Shown: positions 1-10,839, counted from the first letter of the stretch. The stretch: 58,680 nt of DNA from a virus (IMGVR_UViG_3300034683_000215:1-58680), one strand, 5' to 3'. Notes: a model not told the origin generated them from the letters alone. A program made the numbers and translations.

Positions 1-117
1 GAGACTATGACACCTTGAGTGTACAACAAGTAGGCAACTTTGCCTGGATAGGCAGTGATAGCAATGTATTAGAAACAAAGGTTGCTGAAGCTGATAAATT
101 GGATGGTAAGCATGCCT
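1..117. repeat. Terminal direct repeat copy 1 (circular contig overlap)
   Basis: Identical to 58564-58680. Confidence 0.97.
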
Positions 118-959
118 CTGATTTTGCGCTTAGTTCTCATACACACTCCAATTACACCCCATACGAAAGCAACACCCAAACTATACCAGCAAACACTGGA
201 AAATGGATAAGAATAGCAGAATCAGCCCATTTAAGTGTTGGTAGGAATGAAGGCTTATTTGAGGTAGAATATGTTGTAGGTGGCTACCACGGTAGGGTAT
301 CATTTAGAGCTTCATCACACTATAATAACTATTATAGTGTTAGAATTGTTAAAATTAACGGTTCTCATTATCATAATAGCTCTATTGGAGTTCAAACTGC
401 CAGAGTGGTGTTTAAAAGTGGCGTCTATAGTTATGAATATGCTTATGTTGAGTTATACGTTAAAAATTATAACACAACTTCAACGATGTATGTATATACT
501 AGAATGGTTGATGCAATTGGGTGGTCATTAACAACTGGGGATGGCTCAATACCAACTGGTTATACATCAAAAAATTTAAGTCTGATGCTTGGATACCCAA
601 TCTATAGCACTGATGATACTAGAACTGTTGTTACACCATCCAGTGGTTACCTAACAATTGACTGTAGGTATATGGGTAAAAATTCAGTGGCAACAATTAG
701 TAGCAATACCACATTGCAGATACAGAGAATACCAGATGGCTACAGTGGAATAATTATGGTATTTGTAACCGCAACGAGCAGTATTAGCATAGGTACTTGC
801 TCACGAGAGGACGGTAGTACCATTACCTACAAGTATAAGACTGGTAATTGGACTAACCTAAGTACTGGACATTACCTTATTGCCTACCAGTACCTACCAG
901 ATAGTAGCGGAACACACAAACTATATTTTTCAATATCAACAAATTACACAACAGCATAA
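1..959 (+). CDS. Tail fibre, C-terminal part
   Basis: ADKLDGKHASDFALSSHTH repeat, WIRIA motif, beta-rich S/T/Y composition; in frame with the 56508 ORF. Confidence 0.8.
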   Translation, partial: DYDTLSVQQVGNFAWIGSDSNVLETKVAEADKLDGKHASDFALSSHTHSNYTPYESNTQTIPANTGKWIRIAESAHLSVGRNEGLFEVEYVVGGYHGRVSFRASSHYNNYYSVRIVKINGSHYHNSSIGVQTARVVFKSGVYSYEYAYVELYVKNYNTTSTMYVYTRMVDAIGWSLTTGDGSIPTGYTSKNLSLMLGYPIYSTDDTRTVVTPSSGYLTIDCRYMGKNSVATISSNTTLQIQRIPDGYSGIIMVFVTATSSISIGTCSREDGSTITYKYKTGNWTNLSTGHYLIAYQYLPDSSGTHKLYFSISTNYTTA

Positions 960-973
960 TATAATTATAAGAT

Positions 974-1294
974 ATGAGTACAATAGGATTTTGGCAAATG
1001 GCTGGAGCATTTGGTTTCCTATATGTGGAGCCACAAAGATTAACATTTGAATATGATGGAACACCTTTAATACCATTATCTGGTTCAATTACTATTAATA
1101 GTTCTGCCAACTGGAGTATTAGTTTGATGCCAACTTGGATGGATGTTTCTGCAACCAGTGGAGGTGCTGGTGTAACTATTGTCCATATATATCCACAACC
1201 CAATATGGAGACTAGTCAAAGAAATGGTTCGTTTACAGTATCCAATGGTAGTAACATAGTATTGGTGTATATAACACAGTATGGTATTGTCTAA
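974..1294 (+). CDS. BACON-domain protein
   Basis: W..S...W..VS..SG.....V.....PN.....R.G...V.......V.ITQ pattern of BACON domains. Confidence 0.75.
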   Translation: MSTIGFWQMAGAFGFLYVEPQRLTFEYDGTPLIPLSGSITINSSANWSISLMPTWMDVSATSGGAGVTIVHIYPQPNMETSQRNGSFTVSNGSNIVLVYITQYGIV

Positions 1295-1317
1295 AGAATA
1301 ATAAAATAATAAGAATT

Positions 1318-1590
1318 ATGGCACTACAATTGGATTATTATGAGGCAAATTTAGAGGTTGATGTTCCAGAATGCTACTGGAAAATCACTAAATTAGATGG
1401 GAATAAACAACTGCTAAATGTCTATGTTGGGGTCTTTAAAAACAAAGATAAAGCAGATGCTAATTTTCCACCGATTAATGAGTTTTTATACCAATTTACT
1501 CCAGATTTAAGCTCATCGGATAATTTTCTGACTCAAGGTTATAACTATTTAAAGACTTTAGATGAATTTAAGGATGCAGTGGATGTTTAG
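1318..1590 (+). CDS. Hypothetical protein, possible tail-fibre assembly factor
   Basis: 90 aa acidic ORF after the fibre genes; C-terminal QGYNYLKTLDEFKDAVDV. Confidence 0.45.
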   Translation: MALQLDYYEANLEVDVPECYWKITKLDGNKQLLNVYVGVFKNKDKADANFPPINEFLYQFTPDLSSSDNFLTQGYNYLKTLDEFKDAVDV

Positions 1591-1613
1591 TACTAACTTT
1601 AAAATTATATACT

Positions 1614-1847
1614 ATGAAATTAAGTGTTAACAATCTTAACAAACCTTCCAATAGGAAGTGGAAAAGGATTGCTGATTATTTACTTTATACAGCACTCCCA
1701 GCACTAAATGTGTTTTTTGTAGCAATACAGCCAGGTAGTGCTGAGATATCTTTATGGGGTAGTGCAGTAACTACCTTACTAATAACTTTATTCAAAGGTT
1801 TAACTAAATTTACTGCTGAAGATGATACACAGAATTTACAACAGTAA
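1614..1847 (+). CDS. Holin (putative)
   Basis: 77 aa, basic N-terminus, two hydrophobic segments; overlaps the endolysin start. Confidence 0.6.
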   Translation: MKLSVNNLNKPSNRKWKRIADYLLYTALPALNVFFVAIQPGSAEISLWGSAVTTLLITLFKGLTKFTAEDDTQNLQQ

Positions 1848-2442
1848 AACTCATGTACTATTAGATAATGGGCATGGAATAGATACCCCAGGAAAAAGAA
1901 GTCCTGTATTTGCCGATGGTACACAGTTATTTGAGTATGAGTTTAATAGGGATATTGTTAGTAAAATATCTGGGTATCTTCAATTGTCTAAAATATCCCA
2001 TTCAATAGTGGTACCAGAGGAGAATGATATTCCTCTACCAGACAGGGTGGAAAGGATTAATAACTTTTGTAATGAGAATAAGAAGCAGTTTATATATCTT
2101 GTATCTATACATGGAAATGCTGCAAAAAATCCAAGTGCTAATGGTATAGAGGTTTGGACTTCTAAGGGTAATACTAAATCTGATGAGCTGGCTCCCTACT
2201 TCTATAATAGTCTTAAAAAGCTAGGATGGAAGATGAGACCAAATAACTCATTGGAGTTGGATAGAGAAGAAAACTTCTATATACTAAAGAAAACAGTGTG
2301 TCCAGCTATTCTAACAGAAAATGGGTTTTACACTAATTATAATGAGTGTAAACTAATGAATGAGTTTTATTGGAGACAGCAAATAGCGTTAGCACATGTA
2401 AGGGCTATCAACGAAATAGAGTTTGATTATGCGGTTAAGTAG
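1822..2442 (+). CDS. Endolysin, N-acetylmuramoyl-L-alanine amidase (Amidase_3)
   Basis: LDNGHG, EYEFNR, VSIHGNA, GIEVW and AILTENGF zinc-amidase motifs. Confidence 0.92.
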   Translation: MIHRIYNSKTHVLLDNGHGIDTPGKRSPVFADGTQLFEYEFNRDIVSKISGYLQLSKISHSIVVPEENDIPLPDRVERINNFCNENKKQFIYLVSIHGNAAKNPSANGIEVWTSKGNTKSDELAPYFYNSLKKLGWKMRPNNSLELDREENFYILKKTVCPAILTENGFYTNYNECKLMNEFYWRQQIALAHVRAINEIEFDYAVK

Positions 2443-2944
2443 TGTAATAATAGGAGTTTTTTTAGGAATACTATTAGGATATATATATACTGTAGTATTT
2501 CCAAAAACTATAACCTTAGTTAATGATAGAGTAGAGTATAAGTACGACACGGTTTACATACCCAAAGTTCATAAGGAGGTAGTAGTACAAACTACAATAG
2601 ATACATTTTTTCTAGTGGATACTTTACTTAGGATAGATACGGTTAAAATAATCGAGAAATGCAAAGAAGTCGTAACGGATTACTATACTAAAAGGGAGTA
2701 TTTGGATACAATTATGATACCTAATGGGAAAATTTATTTAAATAATTTGGTTTATACGAATAAAATTATTAACTTTGGGTATCGTTATGATATAACACAA
2801 AGCACTGGAGGACTTTATGCAGGCGGAATGGTAGGGGAAAAATCGTTAACCAGTGTGATAGCGTATCAAAGGGGAAAAGTGATATATCAAGGCATGATAG
2901 GCACCGACGGAATCAAATTAGGTTTAATCTATAAAATCGAGTAG
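2423..2944 (+). CDS. Membrane-anchored lysis accessory protein (spanin-like)
   Basis: N-terminal TM helix, DT repeats, C-terminal beta strands; directly after the endolysin. Confidence 0.5.
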   Translation: MIMRLSSVIIGVFLGILLGYIYTVVFPKTITLVNDRVEYKYDTVYIPKVHKEVVVQTTIDTFFLVDTLLRIDTVKIIEKCKEVVTDYYTKREYLDTIMIPNGKIYLNNLVYTNKIINFGYRYDITQSTGGLYAGGMVGEKSLTSVIAYQRGKVIYQGMIGTDGIKLGLIYKIE

Positions 2945-2945
2945 T

Positions 2946-3206
2946 ATGAAAACAACGATTGGATTTCTCTACGTAAATTGGAAAACGATAGAGAAAATAT
3001 ATGACGGACTAGAGTTTGGTCGTGTAGTGGAATTAATTCCTGAAATGCAACGGCTAAAAGCAGCCGTAATAGAGTTTGATAAAAGAGATGATAAACGGGA
3101 GGCTTTTAATACAGAAATTAAAGCCAACCTGTTTACGAGGGCAGAGATAGAAGAAGCAATCAAGAAAAATTTAGTTAAGCCCAGCGAGGTTTTAGACCTG
3201 ATGTAG
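2946..3206 (+). CDS. Hypothetical protein
   Basis: 86 aa ORF tightly packed in the operon. Confidence 0.6.
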   Translation: MKTTIGFLYVNWKTIEKIYDGLEFGRVVELIPEMQRLKAAVIEFDKRDDKREAFNTEIKANLFTRAEIEEAIKKNLVKPSEVLDLM

Positions 3207-3225
3207 GAGTTTTAATCGGAATGTT

Positions 3226-3254
3226 ATAGCGAACGAAAGTTCGCTATTTTTTTT
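3226..3254 (+). terminator. Rho-independent terminator
   Basis: ATAGCGAAC-GAAA-GTTCGCTAT followed by a T-run. Confidence 0.8.
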
Positions 3255-3255
3255 A

Positions 3256-3263
3256 TATATTTG
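3256..3263 (+). promoter_or_regulatory. Bacteroidota -7 promoter element
   Basis: TATATTTG before the operon start. Equivalent TAnnTTTG sites on + at 8827, 21379, 46225, 49192, 52718 and 56484. Confidence 0.65.
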
Positions 3264-3280
3264 TTGTAAAATATGAGACG

Positions 3281-4009
3281 ATGAAATTACTAGACTACAG
3301 GTTAGCTTTAGATAGGTTGTTAAAACGGGAGCGACAGGGTTCAACCGTTTCGCCGAGCGATTTTAATCGCCTAATAGGTATAGCGTCAAGGCAAGAGTTT
3401 GAAGTATTGCGCCGACAATACGAGTTGAACAATGATATAGTTAACGATTTGCGCCCGTTTATTGTTAAACAATCCGTAAATTGCACAGCAGGAGTAATTA
3501 ATATTCCATCAGGATATGTAAAAACGGCCTCATTGTTGGATAGTAACGGCAACGTAATAGATGAGGTAACCCAGATGGAATATAGGGAAATCAAAAAGAG
3601 TTCGATCCTTGCCCCTACTACAGATGAAAAGGTTTATTATACAATAGAGAATGAAATACATGTTGATCCAGCAACAAGCGAAACGATGACAATGGTCTAT
3701 CTGAGAGAACCTGCTGAGCCGTATTTAGATTATTACGTTAACACAGCGGGCAACATTGTTTATTTAGGAGAGAGGGAAACGGTTGATGAATCTTTAATAG
3801 ATGCAGAATATAAAACATACGGTAAGGACGGCTCGCCAATTCAAATAGCCGGTGGTGTTTATACGTCTCAAACGACGGAATTAGAATGGATAACTGAAGG
3901 CTCTCATGTTAGAATATTTGCCCGTTTGTTAGCATTAGCAGGGCTGACTGTTCCTGATACATTAAGTATTCAATACGCATTAGGCTATGACACGAAGACA
4001 GTGGATTGA
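3281..4009 (+). CDS. Tail ring / head-tail adaptor protein (putative)
   Basis: Size, position and ...TMVYLREP motif typical of podoviral tubular/adaptor proteins. Confidence 0.55.
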   Translation: MKLLDYRLALDRLLKRERQGSTVSPSDFNRLIGIASRQEFEVLRRQYELNNDIVNDLRPFIVKQSVNCTAGVINIPSGYVKTASLLDSNGNVIDEVTQMEYREIKKSSILAPTTDEKVYYTIENEIHVDPATSETMTMVYLREPAEPYLDYYVNTAGNIVYLGERETVDESLIDAEYKTYGKDGSPIQIAGGVYTSQTTELEWITEGSHVRIFARLLALAGLTVPDTLSIQYALGYDTKTVD

Positions 4010-4616
4010 TTTAGTGAAAGCAGAGCTGGGCAAGTTAGACCCGGTTCGTAATTTCAGAACAGGCTTAGTCGATGGTATTCTTACTATCGTCTATGAGAAT
4101 TTGGTTTATAATGTTTACAAGAAAAAACCATACGAGTTAGACGATTTAGGGACTATTGAATACCTGACAGTTCAATACGATGATGTTCAAGATAAATATT
4201 ACGTTGAGTTCCCTTATACGCCTTTACAAATAGACAAGGTAGGTGGCGGAGTAATAGGTGTTTACTATCCAGATGATGATAGTATTGTTTTTGTCCCTAT
4301 GTATCTAAACGAGTTGAAGCACTATCTTCGTTCGGAAGCTAGTTTGCTAGATGGAGATATTGTATATACTGTGATAGGTGATAAAATATTTTTCTCTAAT
4401 CTTTCTGCCGACATGGCAGATGCTACACTCAAAGTGGCAGCCGTCAAGCCTTTTGATGCGTATGATATGGACGAAAAAGTAAAAATCCCTTCGGGGCAAA
4501 CGAATGCTCTAATTTCAGGAGCGATGCAGATGTTAGGAATTGCACAACCAGAAGCAACGTTGAACAATAACACCGATACAAGATATGGCACTACCAGGAT
4601 TGATAAGGCTGAGTGA
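3987..4616 (+). CDS. Tail ring protein (putative)
   Basis: Second of three ~210-240 aa overlapping ORFs before the nozzle gene. Confidence 0.5.
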   Translation: MTRRQWIDLVKAELGKLDPVRNFRTGLVDGILTIVYENLVYNVYKKKPYELDDLGTIEYLTVQYDDVQDKYYVEFPYTPLQIDKVGGGVIGVYYPDDDSIVFVPMYLNELKHYLRSEASLLDGDIVYTVIGDKIFFSNLSADMADATLKVAAVKPFDAYDMDEKVKIPSGQTNALISGAMQMLGIAQPEATLNNNTDTRYGTTRIDKAE

Positions 4617-5265
4617 TATAGCCCATGAAGCCCTATGGCTCTCTGGCAAAGACGATAATTACTACAAACGTTTTTTGCAGCATGCGTTAAACGGGTATAG
4701 GGAATTAAGCAAATATCATATAAAAGATTCTGTTAAAACGGTACGTATCATGCCCGATGCGAACCAAATTGTACCATTTCCTGAAGATATGGTTAATTGG
4801 CTAAAGCTATCGACCAATATAGAGGGGATGAAAGAAACGCTAACATATCGAGGGGATATGGTTAATACAACGACACTTAGCGGCGGGCAAGAAACACGAA
4901 GTGAGTATGGGGAGTTAGGAACATTGGGTGTCGGCGGAAATATGATGCCAGGTGGAATTGAAAACACAGTAGGCTATTTCACGGTGGACTATGACAACAG
5001 ACGTTTTCTGTTGTTTATGCCTACGCTAAAACCAGTGTATTTGGACTATGTTAGCGTTGGGGTGGATAGCGAAAGCGATTATGTTCCTGTTGTAGTTAAG
5101 GATTGTTTAGTGGCTTATATTATGTATAAGGATAGTTACTTCGATGTAAATTCCCCAATGAATGATAAGTTATTTAAGAAGAATGTTTATGAAGAAGAGG
5201 TGTCTAAATTGAGGAGTTGTTATACATTTAATTTAGACAGTTTGAGAGACGCTTTAAATTCTTAA
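4585..5265 (+). CDS. Tail ring protein (putative)
   Basis: PFPEDMVNW, VYLDYVS, VP....CLVAYI adaptor-like pattern. Confidence 0.5.
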   Translation: MALPGLIRLSDIAHEALWLSGKDDNYYKRFLQHALNGYRELSKYHIKDSVKTVRIMPDANQIVPFPEDMVNWLKLSTNIEGMKETLTYRGDMVNTTTLSGGQETRSEYGELGTLGVGGNMMPGGIENTVGYFTVDYDNRRFLLFMPTLKPVYLDYVSVGVDSESDYVPVVVKDCLVAYIMYKDSYFDVNSPMNDKLFKKNVYEEEVSKLRSCYTFNLDSLRDALNS

Positions 5266-5268
5266 TAG

Positions 5269-8200
5269 ATGGAAGTAAAAAGGATAGGTGTCGGCGGTGG
5301 TTTGGATTATGATAACCAGCCGTTTCTTGTAAATGAAGGTGATGGTAGAGAAAGGGCAGATATATCCATAAACGATAATGGGTATGTTGAGCCGATACTC
5401 GATTTTAGCATACAAGGTGGTTTTGTCGATATACAATTCATTGTAGAAGATTCCAATGTATTCTATATATGCGATAAAAGTGGAGGCAAGTATTACTTGT
5501 ATAAGTTTGACGGGTTTTTACACGGGGGTACTTTCTTTCCTGAGATTTTTAACACTAGCGAGGATTTGATAATTAACAAAGACGAAGCCACAGTTACGGC
5601 TTCTGATGGAAAAATATTAATCGTAGAACCCGAACGAGAGCCTATTTATATTGATGTTAATCATTATATAGACTTGAGCTCGTTAAGTGCTGACAAGGCG
5701 GAAATGGGCGATAATGGGACTAATTTAACATTTAGACTACCATATGACCCTCAGATTAATTTAGGTGATTATGTAACATTTTTAGCAACGCCAGAGAACA
5801 TCAATAAGCAATTTGGCGCACGTTTAGGGGGTCGAGCCAAAGTTTTAAGCGTAACAGCAGGAGATGGGTATTGGGAAGTAGAACTAGACCTTTTGTCAAA
5901 ATATTTAGGAGCTGATTATGTGGCAGCGAAAATAGATTTTTATTGGAATAGTGTAGATAAAATACCTTTACTATCGCCTTATTTATATTTAAACAGACCT
6001 ATACCCCACAGGGCGCCAAAGGTTTATATGGAAGCGGACACTTTTTACCATGGGAATAATTTTATCGATACTGTTTTTTCTTTTGGGTATTCATTCGTTT
6101 ATGTAGATGGGTATGAGACACCTGTCTCACCTATGTCAGAGATTGATTTAACATCTCAGAAACAAAAGCTTTTAGGACTAAATCTTAACAAAGCGGTTTT
6201 ATCAGTACGCCCATATAACGGCGTTTCAAAGGTTAAGTTTTATTGCAAGCGTAATAATGAGTCAAACGATTTAGAATTAATAGCAGAAAAAGAAGCATTC
6301 GCTATAACAACTTGCGAATATTACGGCGATTCAGTAATTGATGTATTAGACAATACAGAATATTTAAAATCAAGCCAAGCAATACCTTTGTCTCCAATCG
6401 TAGGGAAATTTTTGGATAATCGAGTTGTCTTAGGTGCAAAAACTAAAGCCTATGATAATGGTGAAGTTAAGTTTATAGGAACTAATTACACAACATGGGA
6501 GAAGGTTACCGGAACAACATTTGAAGCGTATGCAGAAAAAAGTGTAGGTGTATATAGCCCAAATATAGTTAGATTTAAATTTACTCCCCCATCTGAGATA
6601 AATTTTTCTCCTGACACAACGGTAGGATATTATTCTTTGTCCATTGCACAATTTTCTTATTTTAAACATGGAGGAGAACTAGCATGTTCGTATGAGTTGA
6701 AAGGCACTGGAAGTGTATTTTATTCCAATGAGAGTAAGCAGACTGTAGGCGATCGGTTAGCGCAGGAGATAAGCAAGAATTTAGAAATCAATTTTGAAAT
6801 AGCAGGTGTAGCTTGGTCTAAGTATTCATATCAAAGTCATACAATTTATTCGGATTCAACGGGTAGTATTATAGTAGATATTATAATTCCCACAATGGAC
6901 GAGTATCCATATACTGTAGGAACTGGTATAGGAGTAAATCAATTTTCAAATCGTGAAGGTGGAATATCATTCGATAAATCATTAAAATTAGACGAAAAAT
7001 ATCAACTTGGCGTGCAGTTCTTTGATGAGAGCGGTCGTACGGGCGGGGTTGTAACTAGTGATACATCTATCGATTATGAGACATTATCCTATTCCTTAGA
7101 TAGCGTTCAAATAATTAAACCAAGATGTTACTTGGGGAATCCTCCCAGTTGGGCTAAGTATTACCAATTTGCAGTAGCGAAGAGAGTTAACACTAATAGT
7201 CATCATTTTATCCCTTGTAAGAATACACCAGGGGCATGGGGAACGACAAGTAATGCTTATATAGAAGAAGCAAACTACACCTTATTGGCGTTAAATTTAA
7301 TGACCATAAAAAGGGAAGAAGCTGTATCTGGCTTAGCCTATTCTTATAAAGCTGGGGATTATTTAAAATATGTTAGACGATATGACACAAATGGTCAGTT
7401 TAGAACAATAGAATCCGAAAACGAATTAGCAGCGTGGGGGAAAGTAGTTGGCGTTGAATTGCGAAATGATATAGAATATGTTATAGTCGATGGTCTCCCT
7501 AGTTTACAAAGCCATTTTGATACAGGCGCATATATGCAGTTCGAGGTGAAGAATTTTACAGAGTCAAAAACTACGGGGGCATGGCAGTTAATAGGTGATA
7601 GGTATCCTGTAAACGAAATATCATATAGGTATTATCATCCAGACAGAGGTGGATATAGACATGATATTGATTGGGGCGATTATTTTGTTAGACCGGTTCA
7701 AGGGTTATTCTATGATGTAGATGTAGATACCAATCTATATGTAGAATCGAAGTATCTTAATGATAGCTCGTTTAATAAGCAATGTTTTTCGGCTAATAGG
7801 ATAGGCGTTGCGCAGCCCAAATTAGTTGGCGAGGTTTACTATCTGTGTGCTAGTCGTCCATATATCGATGGGACGAATACAAATGGGTACTGTGTTTTTG
7901 ACTACGAAAATGCGACGTACCTAACGGATAGCTTTGGTGGTCTATTTGGTTTTGAGAAAGTTGGTAATAGGTTAGCAGCATTTTTTGAGCGGGCGTTATA
8001 TGTGATGAATATTAATACTATTGAGGTTCAATCAGACAGCAGCAGCGATGCTATTTACGTATCTAGTTACTTTGGAAATGGGAAGTTTTTTGAAAAGTAC
8101 GGAATGAATACGTATAGGTTATCATGTACAGACGGAAATAGAGTTTACTACTACGACACGGAACGAAACACTATAAATTTAATATCTGATAATGGAATAT

Positions 8201-8826
8201 TCGATATATGCGGAGTAGAACAGCATGTAAACGGATTATCCAATAAATTTATGGCTTCTGAGTTCAAAACAAAACCTAAGGCTATCTTTTTTGACAAAAA
8301 GGAAAAACGTGTTTATGTATCGTTTAATGATTATATTTACATTTATGATACTAAGTTTGATAGGTGGATTTTAAAGAGAAATATTTCATTAGATTCTGTT
8401 GTTCACGGGTACGCGAAAATGTATAAAAGTGGGAGCATTCTACTCGTATCAGGAAGTGATTATAATGCTTTGATTGGTGAAACAGGTGTAATTAATACTG
8501 GTGTTTATGATGTCTTTGTCCCATTTGGTGAAGATGTTGATTTTCTTTCTTTGGTATGCTATTCTAACTTTAAACCAGAGGTTGATGTAAACGTTTACGG
8601 TCAAAACGGTTTAATGTTTAAGACCAAAATAAAGAAAGGCGCATGGACAAAAATTAATGACGGGTATTATTGCGATATACCGAAAGGTTGCTTAGCAGGA
8701 GAAACGTTAAGGACATATCATCTATACGAAGGATACGATATGGTTGGCAAAAGTATTCAGTTAAAGTTTTACATTGAAGGAAAATTCTATGGTGTAGAGG
8801 TGCGATACGAAAAAAGAAATTATTAG
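5269..8826 (+). CDS. Tail nozzle / stabilisation protein (putative)
   Basis: 1185 aa, beta-rich, N-terminal GGLDYD; lies between the ring and ejection genes. Confidence 0.6.
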   Translation: MEVKRIGVGGGLDYDNQPFLVNEGDGRERADISINDNGYVEPILDFSIQGGFVDIQFIVEDSNVFYICDKSGGKYYLYKFDGFLHGGTFFPEIFNTSEDLIINKDEATVTASDGKILIVEPEREPIYIDVNHYIDLSSLSADKAEMGDNGTNLTFRLPYDPQINLGDYVTFLATPENINKQFGARLGGRAKVLSVTAGDGYWEVELDLLSKYLGADYVAAKIDFYWNSVDKIPLLSPYLYLNRPIPHRAPKVYMEADTFYHGNNFIDTVFSFGYSFVYVDGYETPVSPMSEIDLTSQKQKLLGLNLNKAVLSVRPYNGVSKVKFYCKRNNESNDLELIAEKEAFAITTCEYYGDSVIDVLDNTEYLKSSQAIPLSPIVGKFLDNRVVLGAKTKAYDNGEVKFIGTNYTTWEKVTGTTFEAYAEKSVGVYSPNIVRFKFTPPSEINFSPDTTVGYYSLSIAQFSYFKHGGELACSYELKGTGSVFYSNESKQTVGDRLAQEISKNLEINFEIAGVAWSKYSYQSHTIYSDSTGSIIVDIIIPTMDEYPYTVGTGIGVNQFSNREGGISFDKSLKLDEKYQLGVQFFDESGRTGGVVTSDTSIDYETLSYSLDSVQIIKPRCYLGNPPSWAKYYQFAVAKRVNTNSHHFIPCKNTPGAWGTTSNAYIEEANYTLLALNLMTIKREEAVSGLAYSYKAGDYLKYVRRYDTNGQFRTIESENELAAWGKVVGVELRNDIEYVIVDGLPSLQSHFDTGAYMQFEVKNFTESKTTGAWQLIGDRYPVNEISYRYYHPDRGGYRHDIDWGDYFVRPVQGLFYDVDVDTNLYVESKYLNDSSFNKQCFSANRIGVAQPKLVGEVYYLCASRPYIDGTNTNGYCVFDYENATYLTDSFGGLFGFEKVGNRLAAFFERALYVMNINTIEVQSDSSSDAIYVSSYFGNGKFFEKYGMNTYRLSCTDGNRVYYYDTERNTINLISDNGIFDICGVEQHVNGLSNKFMASEFKTKPKAIFFDKKEKRVYVSFNDYIYIYDTKFDRWILKRNISLDSVVHGYAKMYKSGSILLVSGSDYNALIGETGVINTGVYDVFVPFGEDVDFLSLVCYSNFKPEVDVNVYGQNGLMFKTKIKKGAWTKINDGYYCDIPKGCLAGETLRTYHLYEGYDMVGKSIQLKFYIEGKFYGVEVRYEKRNY

Positions 8827-8850
8827 TAACTTTGTAAAAAATAAAAGGAT

Positions 8851-9483
8851 ATGTCGTTACTTTTGACAGCAGGAATCATAGCAGGCGTAGGTGCGTTAAC
8901 CAAAACAGCCATAGGTGGATATAATCTTTGGAAAGGGCAAAAAGAGTACAATAAGTTACTCAGAAATGCACCGCGATACGATGCGTCTTTATCAGGAGCG
9001 TATGATACAGCAACGAATATTGCAGCCAGAGGTTATTACGAAGGCATAGATACAACCGATTTTGAAAGAGCCTTAGCGGGTGTTACGAGTAGTCAGATAA
9101 ATCAGTTTAGTAAATACGCAACATCATCTCAGCAGATGATGGGCGCAATTGAACAATCATACGCTAGACAGTTGGAAAGTTTAAATAAGTTATCTTTAGA
9201 CCAGATTCAGCGAAGAGATATGGCTAGGCAGATGTATATTGAGTCGCTGAAGAATAAAGCCGAAGCGGAAAGACAGGAAAAAACAAAAGCATTTGAATAT
9301 AATCAATGGATCCCATGGCAGACAAGGCTAAATGTAGCAGCAGGCAGAGTGCAGTCTGGGAGGGAAATGATATATGGTGGCATTTCTGATGCGTTCTCAA
9401 CGGCATCTAGTTTGGCGATGGCACAATACCAAAGTAATAATCTAACGAATTTGTTTAATCAGCCAGTCCCAAAGACTAAATAG
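8851..9483 (+). CDS. Internal virion (ejection) protein
   Basis: Gly/Ala hydrophobic N-terminus and Q/A-rich helical body. Confidence 0.6.
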   Translation: MSLLLTAGIIAGVGALTKTAIGGYNLWKGQKEYNKLLRNAPRYDASLSGAYDTATNIAARGYYEGIDTTDFERALAGVTSSQINQFSKYATSSQQMMGAIEQSYARQLESLNKLSLDQIQRRDMARQMYIESLKNKAEAERQEKTKAFEYNQWIPWQTRLNVAAGRVQSGREMIYGGISDAFSTASSLAMAQYQSNNLTNLFNQPVPKTK

Positions 9484-9570
9484 GTTCTACGACCAATAGT
9501 CCTCAGTTATCACCATGGGGACTAAGATACTTGGAAGAATATATGAAAAACAACCCATTCGGAGGTTAAT

Positions 9571-10839
9571 ATGGCTACAGTACTACATACAGGGCGAGAG
9601 CTTTACGGGGATGAAAAGATAGACTTTTCACCCAGCGAAGCCATTAGATCAGCGTCAAATCTTGAATTTCAATTAACCGATTATATCCAAAAGGTTAAGC
9701 AGCAAAGAGAGCAAGAGTTGCTTAAATTGATGGATGTAAATACGGATAATCTACTATTGGAACAATATCAGGTAGAAGCGCAAAAAATAGTAGATAGTTT
9801 CGTGGACGAGGCTAAAAATTTATGGAAAAACAAAGACGGATTTTTAAGTACAGAAGATAAATTAGCCTTGCTGAAAAAGAAAAATGAATTGACTAACAGG
9901 GTGGGGAGTTTTAGGGCTAAAGCAGCTGCATATTTACAAGCTAAAGAAGAATTTATACGGAGGAGACATCTGTACGATCCAGATGAAACAATGGAAAGTT
10001 TTAAGAATTTTCTAAACAACCCTATTGAAAACGATGTACCCTCTTTGGTCCCAGCTTATAAAAACCCAGATATAATAACAGTTGGTTATCTTAATAAAGT
10101 GCATCCTTGGTCGCCGCAATCATACGAGAAACAAATTGGAGATAGACGAGTTTATGCCAGATTTCGTGATAACATAGAGTCCGAAGAAGAAGGGAAAAGG
10201 GTATTGGCACAGGTGTTTGATTCAAATGAGGAAGTACAGCGGAGTATCATAAAAGAAATGAAAGAGTATGGAATAAAAGATAAAACTCCAAAAGATTATT
10301 ATATCGAAACTAGGTTGCAACTAACATTGCCAGATACGTTCTTTAAACCAGCGACTAGCAGCAGAGGTTATGGTGGCGGGCGTACATCGAAGGTACCGAT
10401 AGCGTTTGCTAATAACGCATTGAACTTTTCTAGCAAAGAGCCAATTACTTTAGCCGATGGGACAGTTGCTAGCATAAACGGAATGGCTTTTAAAGATAAT
10501 CAAGTGTTCGTTTCCATGTTGGCGGTTGACCCGAATACACAAGTGCCATTAAGTTTTGAAACGGAAGAAGATGCGCGTGCAGCCCTAGCTGCCATGCCAG
10601 GTTATTCGGTATCAAGAGGATCTGATGGGAAGTATTTCTTGGCAAAGAAATCGTATTATCCAATAGGGCAGGATATGTCGGAAGTTGACGATATAATTGA
10701 TGCCTTGTCGGCAAGGTATAGAAACAAATCGGATGTTATAAATGATTTACGTAAGTTCAGGCGGTTATATCAAACAAAGATAAATAGAACGCAAAAACCA
10801 GCAAAGCAAAAGAAAACAACAGGAATTAAATGGGGATAA
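9571..10839 (+). CDS. Internal virion (ejection) protein
   Basis: 422 aa helical protein in the ejection-gene position. Confidence 0.5.
   Translation: MATVLHTGRELYGDEKIDFSPSEAIRSASNLEFQLTDYIQKVKQQREQELLKLMDVNTDNLLLEQYQVEAQKIVDSFVDEAKNLWKNKDGFLSTEDKLALLKKKNELTNRVGSFRAKAAAYLQAKEEFIRRRHLYDPDETMESFKNFLNNPIENDVPSLVPAYKNPDIITVGYLNKVHPWSPQSYEKQIGDRRVYARFRDNIESEEEGKRVLAQVFDSNEEVQRSIIKEMKEYGIKDKTPKDYYIETRLQLTLPDTFFKPATSSRGYGGGRTSKVPIAFANNALNFSSKEPITLADGTVASINGMAFKDNQVFVSMLAVDPNTQVPLSFETEEDARAALAAMPGYSVSRGSDGKYFLAKKSYYPIGQDMSEVDDIIDALSARYRNKSDVINDLRKFRRLYQTKINRTQKPAKQKKTTGIKWG

Noticed and set aside
1-959. Diversity-generating retroelement or invertase shufflon acting on the fibre
   Set aside because: No reverse transcriptase or invertase, and no adenine-variant template/variable repeat pair.
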